From contig NC_043004.1 of the NCBI RefSeq assembly GCF_006345805.1, forward strand, positions 91,016,001-91,080,000: a DNA stretch of 64,000 bases. Reading direction: 5' to 3'. The notes under the pieces were generated by a model. The model worked only from the letters and a program-made list of their open reading frames with translations. It made no database searches and was not told the origin of the DNA. Shown here piece after piece: positions 1-11,393 of the stretch (its first letter is position 1; each line of letters starts with the position of its first letter). Position numbers and translations under genes: made by a program. This DNA is from Octopus sinensis. Its lineage: Eukaryota.

Positions 1-1161
1 ATTGAAGAGTTACACCAACACTTTTCGAAATGCAATTCATGGTGTCTGATTGTATTGCGAGTTTTCTCATGTAAATCAATTTTTGTGAATCCATAGATAG
101 ATGAAAAATTCGTGTTGTTTGTGAATATGAATTCAGTCAGGGAACCAATGCATCCCAGACAGTTCGAAACATCAATGAGGTATTTGGTAAAGATGTGGTG
201 AATGAGAGCACTGTACGTTGATGGTTTGAGAAGTTCCAGTCTGGCGACTTTACTCTTGGAAATCAGCCCCGTGGTAGACCTGAGACCAAGATGGATAATG
301 ATGAGCTGGAAAATGTAGTAGTAGATACATCTCAAATTATGTGTGAGTTAGCAGCAAGGTTTGATGTTGCAATTTCAGCTGTCTAGGACCATCTGAAACA
401 AATCGGCATGGTAAAGAAGCTGGACAAGTGGGTACCACATGAACTGAACTAGCGTCAAATGACATGTCATCTTGAAACTTGCTGTTCTTTGCTATCACAG
501 CATAAAAGCAAACTGTTTTTGCATCATCTTATGTGTGATGAAAAATGGATTCTTTTTAACAATAGCAAGCATGCGGCACAGTGGTTGGATAGAGACAAAG
601 TGCCAAAATACAATCCAAAAAAGAATATTCACCATAAAAAGCTAATGGTGTCTGTTTGGTGGTCCAGCACTTGTGTCATCCACTTCAGCTTCATGAGATT
701 TGGTCAATTCCAGTGGATGTATACATCAATCAGTTGGATGAAATGATGAGTGAACTTGCAATTAAACAATGAAGACTGGTCAATAGAGACAGGCCAATGC
801 TTGACCACGTTGCACTAAGAATGCTCCTCAAGTTACAGGGACTGAACTTGGAAGTACTGTGTCATCCACCATATTCACCAGACCTTGCACCAACTGACTA
901 TCACGTTTTCCAGGCATTAGGCAACGTTTTGCAAGGTAAAAATCTCCAAATTTGAAGAAGATGCAAAAAGAGCCTTTTGTGATTTCATCCCTTCTTGCTC
1001 TCCAGAATTCTTCACTGCTGGCATAAATAAGCTACTGATTAATGGCAAAAATGTGTTGATAATTTAGGTGCATACTTTGATTAACTGCATTGCCTTTTGT
1101 TGGGATAAAGTAAAATAACTTTCAGTTCAAAATTAGACATTTCGTTCTTAATGATCTGATA
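1..1161 (+). mobile_element. Mariner DNA transposon, decayed transposase; 5' end outside the window
   Basis: Broken frames give the HTH (YEFSQG...TVRNINEVFG), KLDKWVPHEL, MCDEKWILFN, SPDLAPTDYHVF and terminal GAYFD*. TIR-like end catttcgttcttaatgatctga-TA near 1161. Multiple stops and frameshifts. Confidence 0.9.
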
Positions 1162-1514
1162 TATGTAATTTAATTCATCCTTAGTCAAAAGACACCTATT
1201 GTTATGTCCTGTTATTTGCATTTGTGTAACATTCTCCATCATTTTTTCCCGTCCTTGTTTTTGTATATATTCGCTGCTTTCTTCCAAGGAATCTAATGCT
1301 CTTAGCTTAGTTTTTCCTTGGGGCTGGCCAGATTGGAGCAATCTTGAGTATAACCAGCTGAAATTGCAAAGATAATCTGGAACTCAACTGAGGAAAGAAA
1401 ACTCCGAATGACCCATTCTTGTTTTCTTAGCATCGTCTATCTTGATGTTTTGTTGTCATTTTTTTGTATCACCTAACTGTCTGGATGTTTTGCATTCTTG
1501 TCCCATTTTGTATA

Positions 1515-2362
1515 GGGACCAGCTATCCGAGTTGACAGCACCTTTGTAGATAAAGCAATTAAGAATATGAATACAGAGAAAGCCCCCATCCCATTAGGAA
1601 TCACTGCAGAGATGCTCAAAATATCTGGCAGTGTCAGCTATAGCCTAGTCACCTGTATAGTTAACCAGGTGATACACAAAGGAGTCATTCCCAATGGCTG
1701 GTGTAGCAGCACTGTAGTCAACTGCTACAAAGGTAAAGGTGACGCTTTAGATACAAATAATTACAGAGGTATAAAGTTGTTGGATCAGGTAATGAAGGTC
1801 ACGGAGAGGGTCATAGCCCAACTAATTAGGGAGAGAGTTTAGATGAGATGCAGTTTGGGTTCATGCCAGAGAAAAGCACCACTGATGCTATATTTCTGGT
1901 AAGACAGCTGCAGGAGAAATACCTAGCCAAAGATAAACCTCTGTACCTGGCTTTTATTGACATGGAGAAAGCCTTTGACAAGGTCTCCCGATCCCTTATC
2001 AATGAGGAAACTAGGGATAGATGAATGATTAGTGAGAGCTGTGCAAGCCATGTACAGGGATGCTGTCAGTAAGGTGAGAGTTGGCAACGAGTACAATGAA
2101 GAATTCCAGGTAGAGGTAGGGGTCCTCCAAGGTTCAGTCCTCAGTCCCCTCCTATTTATCATAGTTCTCCAGGCAATAATGGAGGAATTCAGGACAGGAG
2201 CTCCTCTATACTGATGACCTTGCTCTAATTGCTGAGTCCCTATCAAAACTAGAGGAGAAGTTTCAGGTGTGGAAACAAGGATTAGAATCGAAGGGCCTTG
2301 GAGTCAACCTAGCTAAAACCAAAGTCCTAATAAGTAGGAAGGCAAGCAAACCACAAACCCCT
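1515..2362 (+). mobile_element. RTE-clade LINE, internal reverse-transcriptase fragment
   Basis: ITAEMLK, NYRGIKLLDQVMKV, DMEKAFD, GVLQGSVLSPLLF and a YTDDL (YADD) motif. Same family as 29481-31926; truncated at both ends and frameshifted. Confidence 0.9.
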
Positions 2363-3192
2363 TATATAATAAACTACACCTATTACTGAGTTAGAGGAAA
2401 TACCAGACTGGATATCAAAGAAAGCCAGCAGTAGGAAGTAGTCTAATGATTAACAATTTGGAATACTACACAGGTGGTATTGATATTATTTAATTAGATA
2501 GTAAAATCATCATTGTGTGAATCAGGTAATGCAACTCCTGATAATAGTCACGGGTAAGAGGTTTGGATAGTGTGTTCCATCTATTGTTTAACAGGCATAG
2601 TACAAATAACTGTATCTTGGTATAAGGATTACTGCTGGGGTGTGCAGACTGCTACTTCTAGGTTAGATGTCTTCACTATTGCTAATGCATAATACTGGGT
2701 ATACTAACCCTAGTGGTTAGTTCCTTCAATATAGCATACCATGCTTTTTGTGTGGCACCATCACCAATGCTTTTTATCGTAGGAGACACTTGCCCAAGGT
2801 GCTACAAGTGGAAGCCACTATATAGAAGACGGGAGTGATGAGGGTGAAGCAAGAAAGAGATAAAATTAATGATGATAAGGTGTCAGGGTGGACCTTCAAG
2901 ATACAAGGTGAGTAGGGGTCACAAGAGTGTATGGACGAGTGAGTGATGGTTAGAAATAGAGAATGATTGAAGAGGTGAATATCATGAAAAACAAGAACAA
3001 GTTTTCAATACTTTTTTAGAAATTACAAAAAAAAAAAAAAATACTGAAAATCTTTTGATTTTTGTTATGATTGATTGTTAAGGTTTTAATATAAATAATA
3101 TTTAACATTATAAGCCCAAATGGTGAGAGAAAAAGATGAAATAAAGGCTATTGGTAGGTTTGACATCTCTATTAATTAGAAAAAGAATAATA

Positions 3193-3572
3193 GACGCAGG
3201 AGTGGCTGTATGGTAAGTAGCTTGGTTCCAGGTTCAGTCCCACTGCATGGCACCTTGGGCAAGTGTCTTCTACTATAGCCTCGGGCTGACCAAAGCCTTG
3301 TGAGTGGATTTGGTAGACGGAAACTGAAAGAAGCCCGTCGTATATATGTATATATATATATATATGTATGTGTGTATATGTTTGTGTGTCTGTGTTTGTC
3401 CCCCAACATTGCTTGACAACCGATGCTGGTGTGTTTACGTCCCCGTAACTTAGCGCTTTGGCAAAAGAGACCGATAGAATAAGTACTAGGCTTACAAAGA
3501 ATAAGTCCCGGGGTCAATTTGCTTGACTAAAGGTGGTGCTCCAGCATGAAACAAATAAAAGAGTAAAAGAGT
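3193..3572 (+). mobile_element. tRNA-head SINE, family A
   Basis: Head GCAGGAGTGGCTGT.TGG...GGTTCAGTCCC (A/B-box-like), internal TA/TG microsatellite, tail (GTAAAAGA)n. More than 15 related copies in the window. Confidence 0.85.
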
Positions 3573-3699
3573 ATAGCTGTTTACTTGGGATTGGCAACTG
3601 ATACATGGCTGTTTGAATCTTGTAAGATGGCCTGTTTCTCTTGTTCCATCTCAAACTGGTGTTTATTATACCAAATATAATCTCAGCTATGATTCTTAC

Positions 3700-3855
3700 C
3701 TGGCACCCCAGTTACACTGAACCAATCGCCAGTCCCCATCAATGTAAATAGCATTCCATGTATTTTGGAAGTTTTCTGGAAGGATCTTCATACCTGGCTC
3801 ATAGCCAACACTTTTGGAATGACCCTTGATTTCGACGCACTGCAGCCCGGCATAA
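3700..3855 (-). CDS. Hil: Hillarin-like gene, exon H (transglutaminase-like domain; last exon found)
   Basis: TATTTCAG acceptor, GTAAGA donor. (S)YAGLQCVEIKGHSKSVGYEPGMKILPENFQNTWNAIYIDGDWRLVQCNWGA(R), a KY/Cyk3/Hillarin-type motif. 156 nt, phase 2-2. Confidence 0.9.
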
Positions 3856-3916
3856 CTGAAATAAGACAGACAGACAGACGTATGAAGGAAAGTCAACAGA
3901 ATGTTTTATAATAGAA

Positions 3917-4222
3917 CTAGCAGTATCGCCCGGCGTTGCTCGGGTTTGTAAGGGAAATAACTATATAAGCATTTTTAGAGAGTTACTTCCCTTATATAAC
4001 CCGAGCAAAAATCATTAAAAATTCGGAAAAATGATGGTAAATTTTTTTTAAATCATAGACTCATCGTAGATGTGTGCTAATACCCAGAAGGGCTTGATAT
4101 GAATGACGACTATAAGATACCCACTTTTGGTTAAACTGCACCGCAAAATGTGGGAGTAGTTAGGAATCTAAATCGGAGGAGACAGAGTCTCACACACACA
4201 ACTTCAATTTTATATATAAAGA
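3917..4222 (-). mobile_element. Non-autonomous Helitron (306 bp)
   Basis: On the minus strand: A|TCTTTATATA...CCCGAGCAACGCCGGG hairpin...CTAG|T. 5' TC, subterminal GC hairpin, 3' CTAG, AT insertion site, no TSD. Confidence 0.85.
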
Positions 4223-4739
4223 TGTCAGTTATCTTTTTCTCTTTTACATGTGAGAATGAAGTGTGTGTGAGAGGGATGGGACCATGATCAATTTATTCAG
4301 ATCCAGTAATTTACAACCTATCATTTTATTGATCGCTCCTAGTGGGACTGCAAGAGAAGGTAATCATGGTTCATTGAACTATTTTCAATCACTGATTGGC
4401 AATTATCTTATTGATCATTTCCACTGTAACTACAAGAAGGGATGCTTGGTAGTTCATTCAGGGACCAGATGGCAGTCTTAATCTGGGTAATGGATTAGGT
4501 CTTAAGGTGAAAAAAACCTCACCAAAGTTTATTCTGAACAAACATTTGAATGCAGAACATGCTGCTCTATTCTATCTGTCACACATAAAATACCAGGGGT
4601 ACTTAGAAATAAATTATTCCAAACACATAAAGTAACTGGTGTTGCTGCTACTGCTGTTGCTACTGCCATCATCACACTCTTCCTCCCTTCACAACACTAC
4701 TATTAATACTGTCCCACAACACCACCATTTTGGGGATAC

Positions 4740-4770
<31 letters not shown>

Positions 4771-4909
4771 CCTATTTCTCCCTCCCATCAGTTTCAGCTA
4801 TGTAAAGAGTCAAGGACACTGATTACCCTCTAGACCAGTGCTTTTCAAACATGTCAAGGTCACACAGTACATGTGTAACATGCCATGAGTGTGTAGTGGT
4901 AAGTCTTCA

Positions 4910-5180
4910 TCATCATTATCATCATCGTTTAGCGTCCGCTTTCCATGCTGGCATGGGTTGGACGGTTCAACTGGGGTCTGGGAAGCCAGAAGGCTGCACC
5001 AGACCCAGTCTGATCTGGCAATGTTTCTACGGCTGGATGCCCTTCCTAACGTCAACCACTCTGTGAGTGTAGTGGGTGCTTTTTACGTGCCACCGGCACA
5101 GGTGCCAGACAAGGCTGGCAAATGGCCACGATAGGATGGTGCTCTTCACGTGCCACCGGCACAGGGGCCAGGCGAGGCTA
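4910..5180 (-). mobile_element. 5'-truncated RTE LINE 3' tail ending in (GAT)n
   Basis: Matches the 3' UTR attached to the RTE at 31440-31926; carries the GTGCC-GGT-GGCAC internal repeat. Confidence 0.8.
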
Positions 5181-6379
5181 AAGGTTGTAGATCTCTCTAA
5201 ATTATCACAAGGTGGTGTGTTTGTATCTAGATCAAGTCAACCCAGTGAAACCCATTCCTGTCTAAGCTATTTTATTCTGTGTTTTAGTCTAAGCAAGAAG
5301 GGTAGGACCAGCCCCATGACTCTGCAAAACCCTCTGTTACTGGTTGGCAGAAAGGGAGGAATAAATCATACCTCAAGAGTAACTTTCAGATTAGAAATCA
5401 GCTCTAAATGCTTTTAATACAGTGGACTCTGCAGAAGATATCCAAGGACCAGATAGTGATGTTAATTTGGGTAACGGATTAGGTCTTGTTTTGTTTTACT
5501 TGCTGGGTCTGGGGAAAAGTGATTAGTAGAAGGTCTGAGGCTGGACAGCACAAGGTGATGGAGAGGAAGAGAGATGAGTGGGATAGGAATACCAGAGTGG
5601 TTCGTGGCATGAACTCAGCCAGCTCCAATGAGAGAGACCATTATAGCAGCAGTAAAACAGCCAGAGAAAGGAGACCATGTACTTGTGGGTCAAAGGTTAG
5701 AGTTTGGCCATGAATTAGTGGTCCTTTTGTGAATATCTGCAAACCAAGAATAGGTTCAGCCCAGTCAAACAAGCTTTGACATATTTTCAGTTTATCCAGT
5801 TTTACCATCTAAGGACACCTGTTCAAGAGACCACACATTGGGATCAGAACCATAACCATAGAAGTGAAAAGTGAACCCCTCAACTACATAGCCATACCCA
5901 TACCCATACCACAAGAGCAATTGAACTCTAAGCTAACAAAACAGAAATCAACTTTACAGTTCTGCTGCCTCTGCTGACAAGAACATGTTATTCTGAAGCT
6001 GCAGTAATTGTTTACAGCTAGGTAGACTGGGCTATTTGCAAGTTAACTGTTGTGACCACTAACACAGTACAATGTCAGTGACAAAATATTGACCTTTGGC
6101 CTCCACTTCCCAACCCATTCAATGCTATTAGGACCATCTCTCTAATAATGTACTCCTAACATTTTAAAGAGTCAATGTTACTAGTCACATGTTAAAACTT
6201 TTGATTCAAAATCAAAAGCTGATGTAAGTTGATAACAAAAGATGAAATTACAAGACAAAGTCATAAGTGAATGTCATAAGTCAAAAAGTCATAAGTTAAT
6301 GTCATAAGTTTAGGTCAAAAATCAAAGTAATAAATCAATACGTTGGACAGTTTTTTTTTTTTTTCCTTTATTACTTTAC

Positions 6380-6523
6380 CTGCTCAATCTCATAAAAAGT
6401 ACATGGTAGGTTTCAGTGCCATATTTAATTCCTCTCAGAATTCCTAGTGGTGTATCATTGTCTACAATATCATCAAACTGCATCACATTCAGGTCCATAA
6501 CTGTTATCCATCGGTAGATTGCT
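6380..6523 (-). CDS. Hil: Hillarin-like gene, exon G (transglutaminase-like domain)
   Basis: TTGTCTAG acceptor, GTAAAG donor. (R)AIYRWITVMDLNVMQFDDIVDNDTPLGILRGIKYGTETYHVLFMRLS(S). 144 nt, phase 2-2. Confidence 0.9.
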
Positions 6524-6929
6524 CTAGACAAATGACAGAAAACAATTATCATGGTAAGTTTTCGGTACTTCAATAGTTACACACACACACAAACACATAC
6601 ATTTATGTATATACATACACACATACATGTATATATGTATCTTTGAATAATAACAAAATAAATTATTAACATTTTGATAGCATTTAATATATATGTTATT
6701 CTGCAGATATCCATTCTCTTTAGTCCTTACAAGTGAAATACCTTGATGTTGTTATTATTCAAATATTATGTGACTCATGTTTATAACAACCCAGCCTTCC
6801 CTACTAGGATAACATGGTTATAATGCAACATGTATGGAGGTGTGAAATGTTGATCTAAATACTGAATCATAAATATCTGGTAAAGTATACTGCATCAAAG
6901 AATGCTACTACATATATATATATATATAA

Positions 6930-7331
6930 GGCACAGGAGTGGCTGTGTGGTAAGTAGCTTGCTAACCAACCACATGGTTCTGGGTTCAGTCCCACTGTGT
7001 GGCATCTTGGGCAAGTGTCTTCTGCTATAGCCCCGGGCCGACCAATGCCTTGTGAGTGGATTTGGTAGACGGAAACTGAAAGAAGCCTGTCGTATATATG
7101 TATATATGTGTGTGTGTATGTGTATGTGTGTTTGTGTTTGTCCTCCTAGCATTGCTTGACAACCGATGCTGGTGTGTTTATGTCCCCTTCACTTAGCGGT
7201 TCGGCAAAAGAGACCGATAGAATAAGTACAGGGCTTACAAAGAATAAGTCCCGGGGTCGAGTTGCTCGACTAAAGGCGGTGCTCCAGCATGGCCGCAGTC
7301 AAATGACTGAAACAAGTAAAAGAGTAAAAGA
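6930..7331 (+). mobile_element. tRNA-head SINE, family A (full length)
   Basis: Complete head-to-tail match to the other family A copies. Confidence 0.88.
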
Positions 7332-7362
<31 letters not shown>

Positions 7363-7669
7363 CATACACACACATGTAAATATTTAATCAATAGTTGTTA
7401 GCCCAGCCAGATATATTCTGTTTTGTTTATGGCTCATCAAGAACTTCAAGTACTTTATTTTAAGTTTCCAGACATATCTCCTTTTTAACTTGTCACCCTC
7501 TGGGGTAAATATATAAAAATCTACAGATAAATCTATATCTATCAATCTGACTGTCTGTATGTATGTGTGTGTATGTATATATGTATTGCAGCCTGGCAGC
7601 TTGCCAGTTCCCTGTGAAACTGGCCTACACATGCCAGCATAAAAAGTGAACACTGAATGATATATATAA

Positions 7670-7699
<30 letters not shown>

Positions 7700-7700
<1 letters not shown>

Positions 7701-8111
7701 CTCTTTACTCTTTTACTTGTTTCAGTCATTTGACTGCGGCCATGCTGGAGCACCACCTTTAGTCGAGCAAATCGACCCCAGGACTTATTCTTTGTAAGCC
7801 CAGTACTTATTCTATCGGTCTCTTTTGCCGAACCGCTAAGTGACGGGGACATAAACACACCAGCATCGGTTGTCAAGCAATGCTAGGGGGGACAAACACA
7901 GACACTCAAACATATACACACACATACATATATATATATACATATATACGACTGGCTTCTTTCAGTTTCCATCTACCAAATTCACTCACAAGGCATTGGT
8001 CGGCCTGAGGGTATAGCAGAAGACACTTGCCCAAGATGCCACGCAGTGGGACTGAACCTGGAACCATGTGGTTGGTTAGCAAGCTACTTACCACACAGCC
8101 ACTCCTGCGCC
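7700..8111 (-). mobile_element. tRNA-head SINE, family A (full length, inverted relative to 6930-7331)
   Basis: Reverse complement of the family A sequence. Confidence 0.88.
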
Positions 8112-8411
8112 TGTATATATATATACATACATATAAATAAAGTTAGATAAGGCTGGTTTATGGGATTACCCTGGGTTTCACATCCATAAAGCATTAGATC
8201 CAAAACCTGTTGGCTTAAGGCCTCCCTAGCGAGTGGCCTCTCTAGAATGTGGAGGAGGAAAGGACCTCGCTACTCAATGTCAATGGGACTGAATCTGGAA
8301 TCATGTGGTTGGTAAGCAAGTTATTTATCACACAGCCACTCCTGCACCTATCCAGATATATATATACACACACACAAACACACATATACAATTCATACAT
8401 ACATACATACA

Positions 8412-8443
<32 letters not shown>

Positions 8444-9039
8444 ACACACACACATATATATACACACACACACATATCTTTCATCAGAAAAAATAACAGG
8501 AAAATAATATTATTGATACTTCAACAGATTCATTTCCTGAGTTCGTTTCAGTAACACAATACCACTTTCTCTTCTATGCAATGATTACATCATCTCACCA
8601 GGGATACAGGAATATCAAAAAAAAAAAAAACTGAATAGTTTGATTGCCAACTTATATAAGATAGAAGGAGTGTGGAATCAAATCAAGCAAGCATCTAGAC
8701 ATGTTAACACTTGTATTTAACACATATGAATTCATGTGGGAGTTTTTAGATTGTATATCAAGCATGTCAGATCGGAGATAAAGAGTTCAAGAGATTTGTA
8801 AAAAAGGAGCAATCATGAAACTGATGATGATATCAATGTGTATCTGCTCTCTATACACAAATGCCTACACAACAATAACACATAAAAAAACAATACATGT
8901 ATACATCCATCTGTCTATCTGGCTGTAGGTATGTACGTATGTATGCATGCAGATATACAGACAGATGTATACACTTGTATCGTTTTTTCATGTATATTGT
9001 TGTGTGGGTGTAACTGTAAATAATACAGATATAAATATC

Positions 9040-9510
9040 AATGGAAATAGTAGTTGTGATACCTGTGCCGGTGGCACGTAAAAAGTACCATCCGAACGAG
9101 GCCAATGCCAGCGCCACCTTGACTGGTTTCTGTGCCAGTGGAACGTAAAAAGCACCATCTGAATGAGGCCGATGCCAGCGCCGCCTTGACTGGCTTCTGT
9201 GCCGGTGGCACGTAAAAAGCACCATCTGAACGTGGCCAATGCCAGTGCTGCCTTGACTGGCTTCCGTGCCGGTGGCACGTAAAAAGCACCAACCGATCGT
9301 GGATGCTGCCAGACTCTCCTGGCATGTAAAAAGCACCCACCACACTCATGGAGTGGTTGGCGTTAGGAAGGGCATCCAGCTGAGGAAACACTGCCAGATC
9401 AGACTGGAGCCTGGTGCAGCCTCCTGGCTTCCCAGACCCTGGTCGAACCGTCCAACCCGTGCTAGCATGGAAAATGGACGTTAAACGATGATGATGATAA
9501 TGATGATGAA
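9040..9510 (+). mobile_element. RTE LINE 3' UTR copy with about 4 internal ~60-bp repeats and (GAT)n tail
   Basis: Repeats of GTGCCGGTGGCACGTAAAAAGCACCATC...; ends GGACGTTAAACGATGATGAT. Confidence 0.85.
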
Positions 9511-9807
9511 GATGATGATACATAGATAATTTAATCAGTTTTATAGCTGCTGCTTTTCTTATAAATCTCTTGAACTCTTTATCTCCGATCTGATATGCTT
9601 GATATACAATCTAAAAACTCCCATATAACTTCATATGTGTTATACAATTGTTAACTTACCTAGATGCATATATGTGTGTATGCATGTATGTGTGTATGTA
9701 TGTAGGTATAAACATACATGTACATGAATATAGACATATGCTCATATACTTCAATACAAAAATATACATTGACACAAAACACATACATATAGCACATGTT
9801 TGCATGC

Positions 9808-9849
<42 letters not shown>

Positions 9850-9850
<1 letters not shown>

Positions 9851-10417
9851 GAAAGAAGGTTTGAAAATGCAATTTAAAAGATGTTTATTTACTTAACCGG
9901 TTTCACTCTTTGGAAAAAGATTGCCAAAAGTAACATAGAATATTATGAATTCAAAAAAATTTACATAATTACCACATTACATGTATATATACAGTCTTTG
10001 GTAACAGGGACATGTTAAGGACATAAAGAAGTACAACAGTGTGATGAGAATATTTGAAAAAATGGGCAGAAAAGATTAAAACAAATATATTATACATCTC
10101 AGGGTCAGTACAGAATATTATGAATTCAAGGCGAGGTTGAATTCATAATATTCTGTACTGACCCCTGAGATGTATAATATATTTGTTTTAATCTTTTCTG
10201 CCCATTTTTTCAAATATTCTCATCACAAAGTTGTACTTCTTTATGTCCTTAACATGTCCCTGTTACCAAAGACTGTATATATACATGTAATGTGGCAATT
10301 ATGTAAATTTTTTTGAATTCATAATATTCTATGTTACTTTTGGCAATCTTTTTCCAAAGAGTGAAACCGGTTAAGTAAATAAACATCTTTTAAATTGCAT
10401 TTTCAAACCTTCTTTCG
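9850..10417. repeat. Near-perfect fold-back inverted repeat (280/281-bp arms, 7-nt loop) inside (TA)n
   Basis: 9850-10129 is the reverse complement of 10137-10417, with about 3 substitutions and one 1-nt indel. Loop GGCGAGG. Confidence 0.97.
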
Positions 10418-10425
10418 TATATATA

Positions 10426-10456
<31 letters not shown>

Positions 10457-10759
10457 ATGTGACCGCGTGTGTACCGTTGGCAATTTTTGTTTTCTCTGTC
10501 TTCCCTTCTCTAGCTCTTTCCTTCTCCTATGTTTCCAACGAAGAGCTCCGCTCGAAACGTTAAACCCTCCTTCCTTCCTGTCCAATCCATGACAGTATGA
10601 AAAATGATCGTGATGATGGTCTCTCACACACACATGCCTATATATGTACATATGTGTGTGTGTGTGTATCTCTCTCCCTCTCTCTCTCCATATATATATA
10701 TATCAATGGGTCTCAGATCAAATCACTTGTCGGGGAAGTAGATCTCTGAAATTAGCCTC

Positions 10760-11010
10760 GCCTGGCCTCCGTGCCGGTGGCACATAAAAAGCACCATCCG
10801 ATCATGGCCGTTTGCCAGCCTCGTCTGGCACCTGTGCCGGTGGCACGTAAAAAGCACCCACTACACTCTCGGAGTGGTTGGCGTTAGGAAGGGCATCCAG
10901 CCGTAGGAACATTGCCAGATCAGACTGGGCCTGGTTCAGCCTTCTGGCTTCCCAGACCCCAGTTGCACTGTCCAACCCATGCCAGCATGGAAAGCGGACG
11001 CTAAACGGTG
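10760..11010 (+). mobile_element. RTE LINE 3' tail copy
   Basis: Same 3' UTR family as 9040-9510. Confidence 0.8.
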
Positions 11011-11393
11011 ATTTATCTAGTTTCAGCTCACGAGCTGTGGCCATGCTGGGGCACCGCCATTTGGTGTTGCTACATGATTTTACTTCACGAATGCTTTTGA
11101 GCAATTGCCATTTGGTGCATGAGAGAGTTCAATGCATTCGATTACCGATGCCAAGTTCAGTGGAATGGCTCAGAGCAGAGTGATTCAGACTTCATATCAA
11201 AGCTTGTCTGACGTGTTCAACTGGTCTCGTGTACAAAGTGCATGTAATGTATTTATATTTATAATGCCACTTACATTTATTTAAGTTTTACAATACTATA
11301 ACACTACAGAATAATTTTAGTTTTTGAGATATTTGTTAATGTGTTTAAAATATTTTGAAAAATATGTGTTCAAAATAAAAAGATAGTCATATA

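Noticed and set aside
1385-1420. CTGAGGA-AAG-AAAA-CTC-CGAAT as another hammerhead
   Set aside because: GAAA is incomplete and I could not form stems I and III; too degenerate to call.
3193-3260. SINE heads as tRNA genes
   Set aside because: A/B-box-like motifs are present, but I could not form a full cloverleaf, and each head continues into a repeat body.
7156-7401. Recurrent ORFs MTTDAGVF..., MSSNARGT... and MLFTCHRHR... as a multigene family
   Set aside because: They are incidental frames within SINE A and RTE 3' UTR copies, with inconsistent lengths and no splice or codon support.
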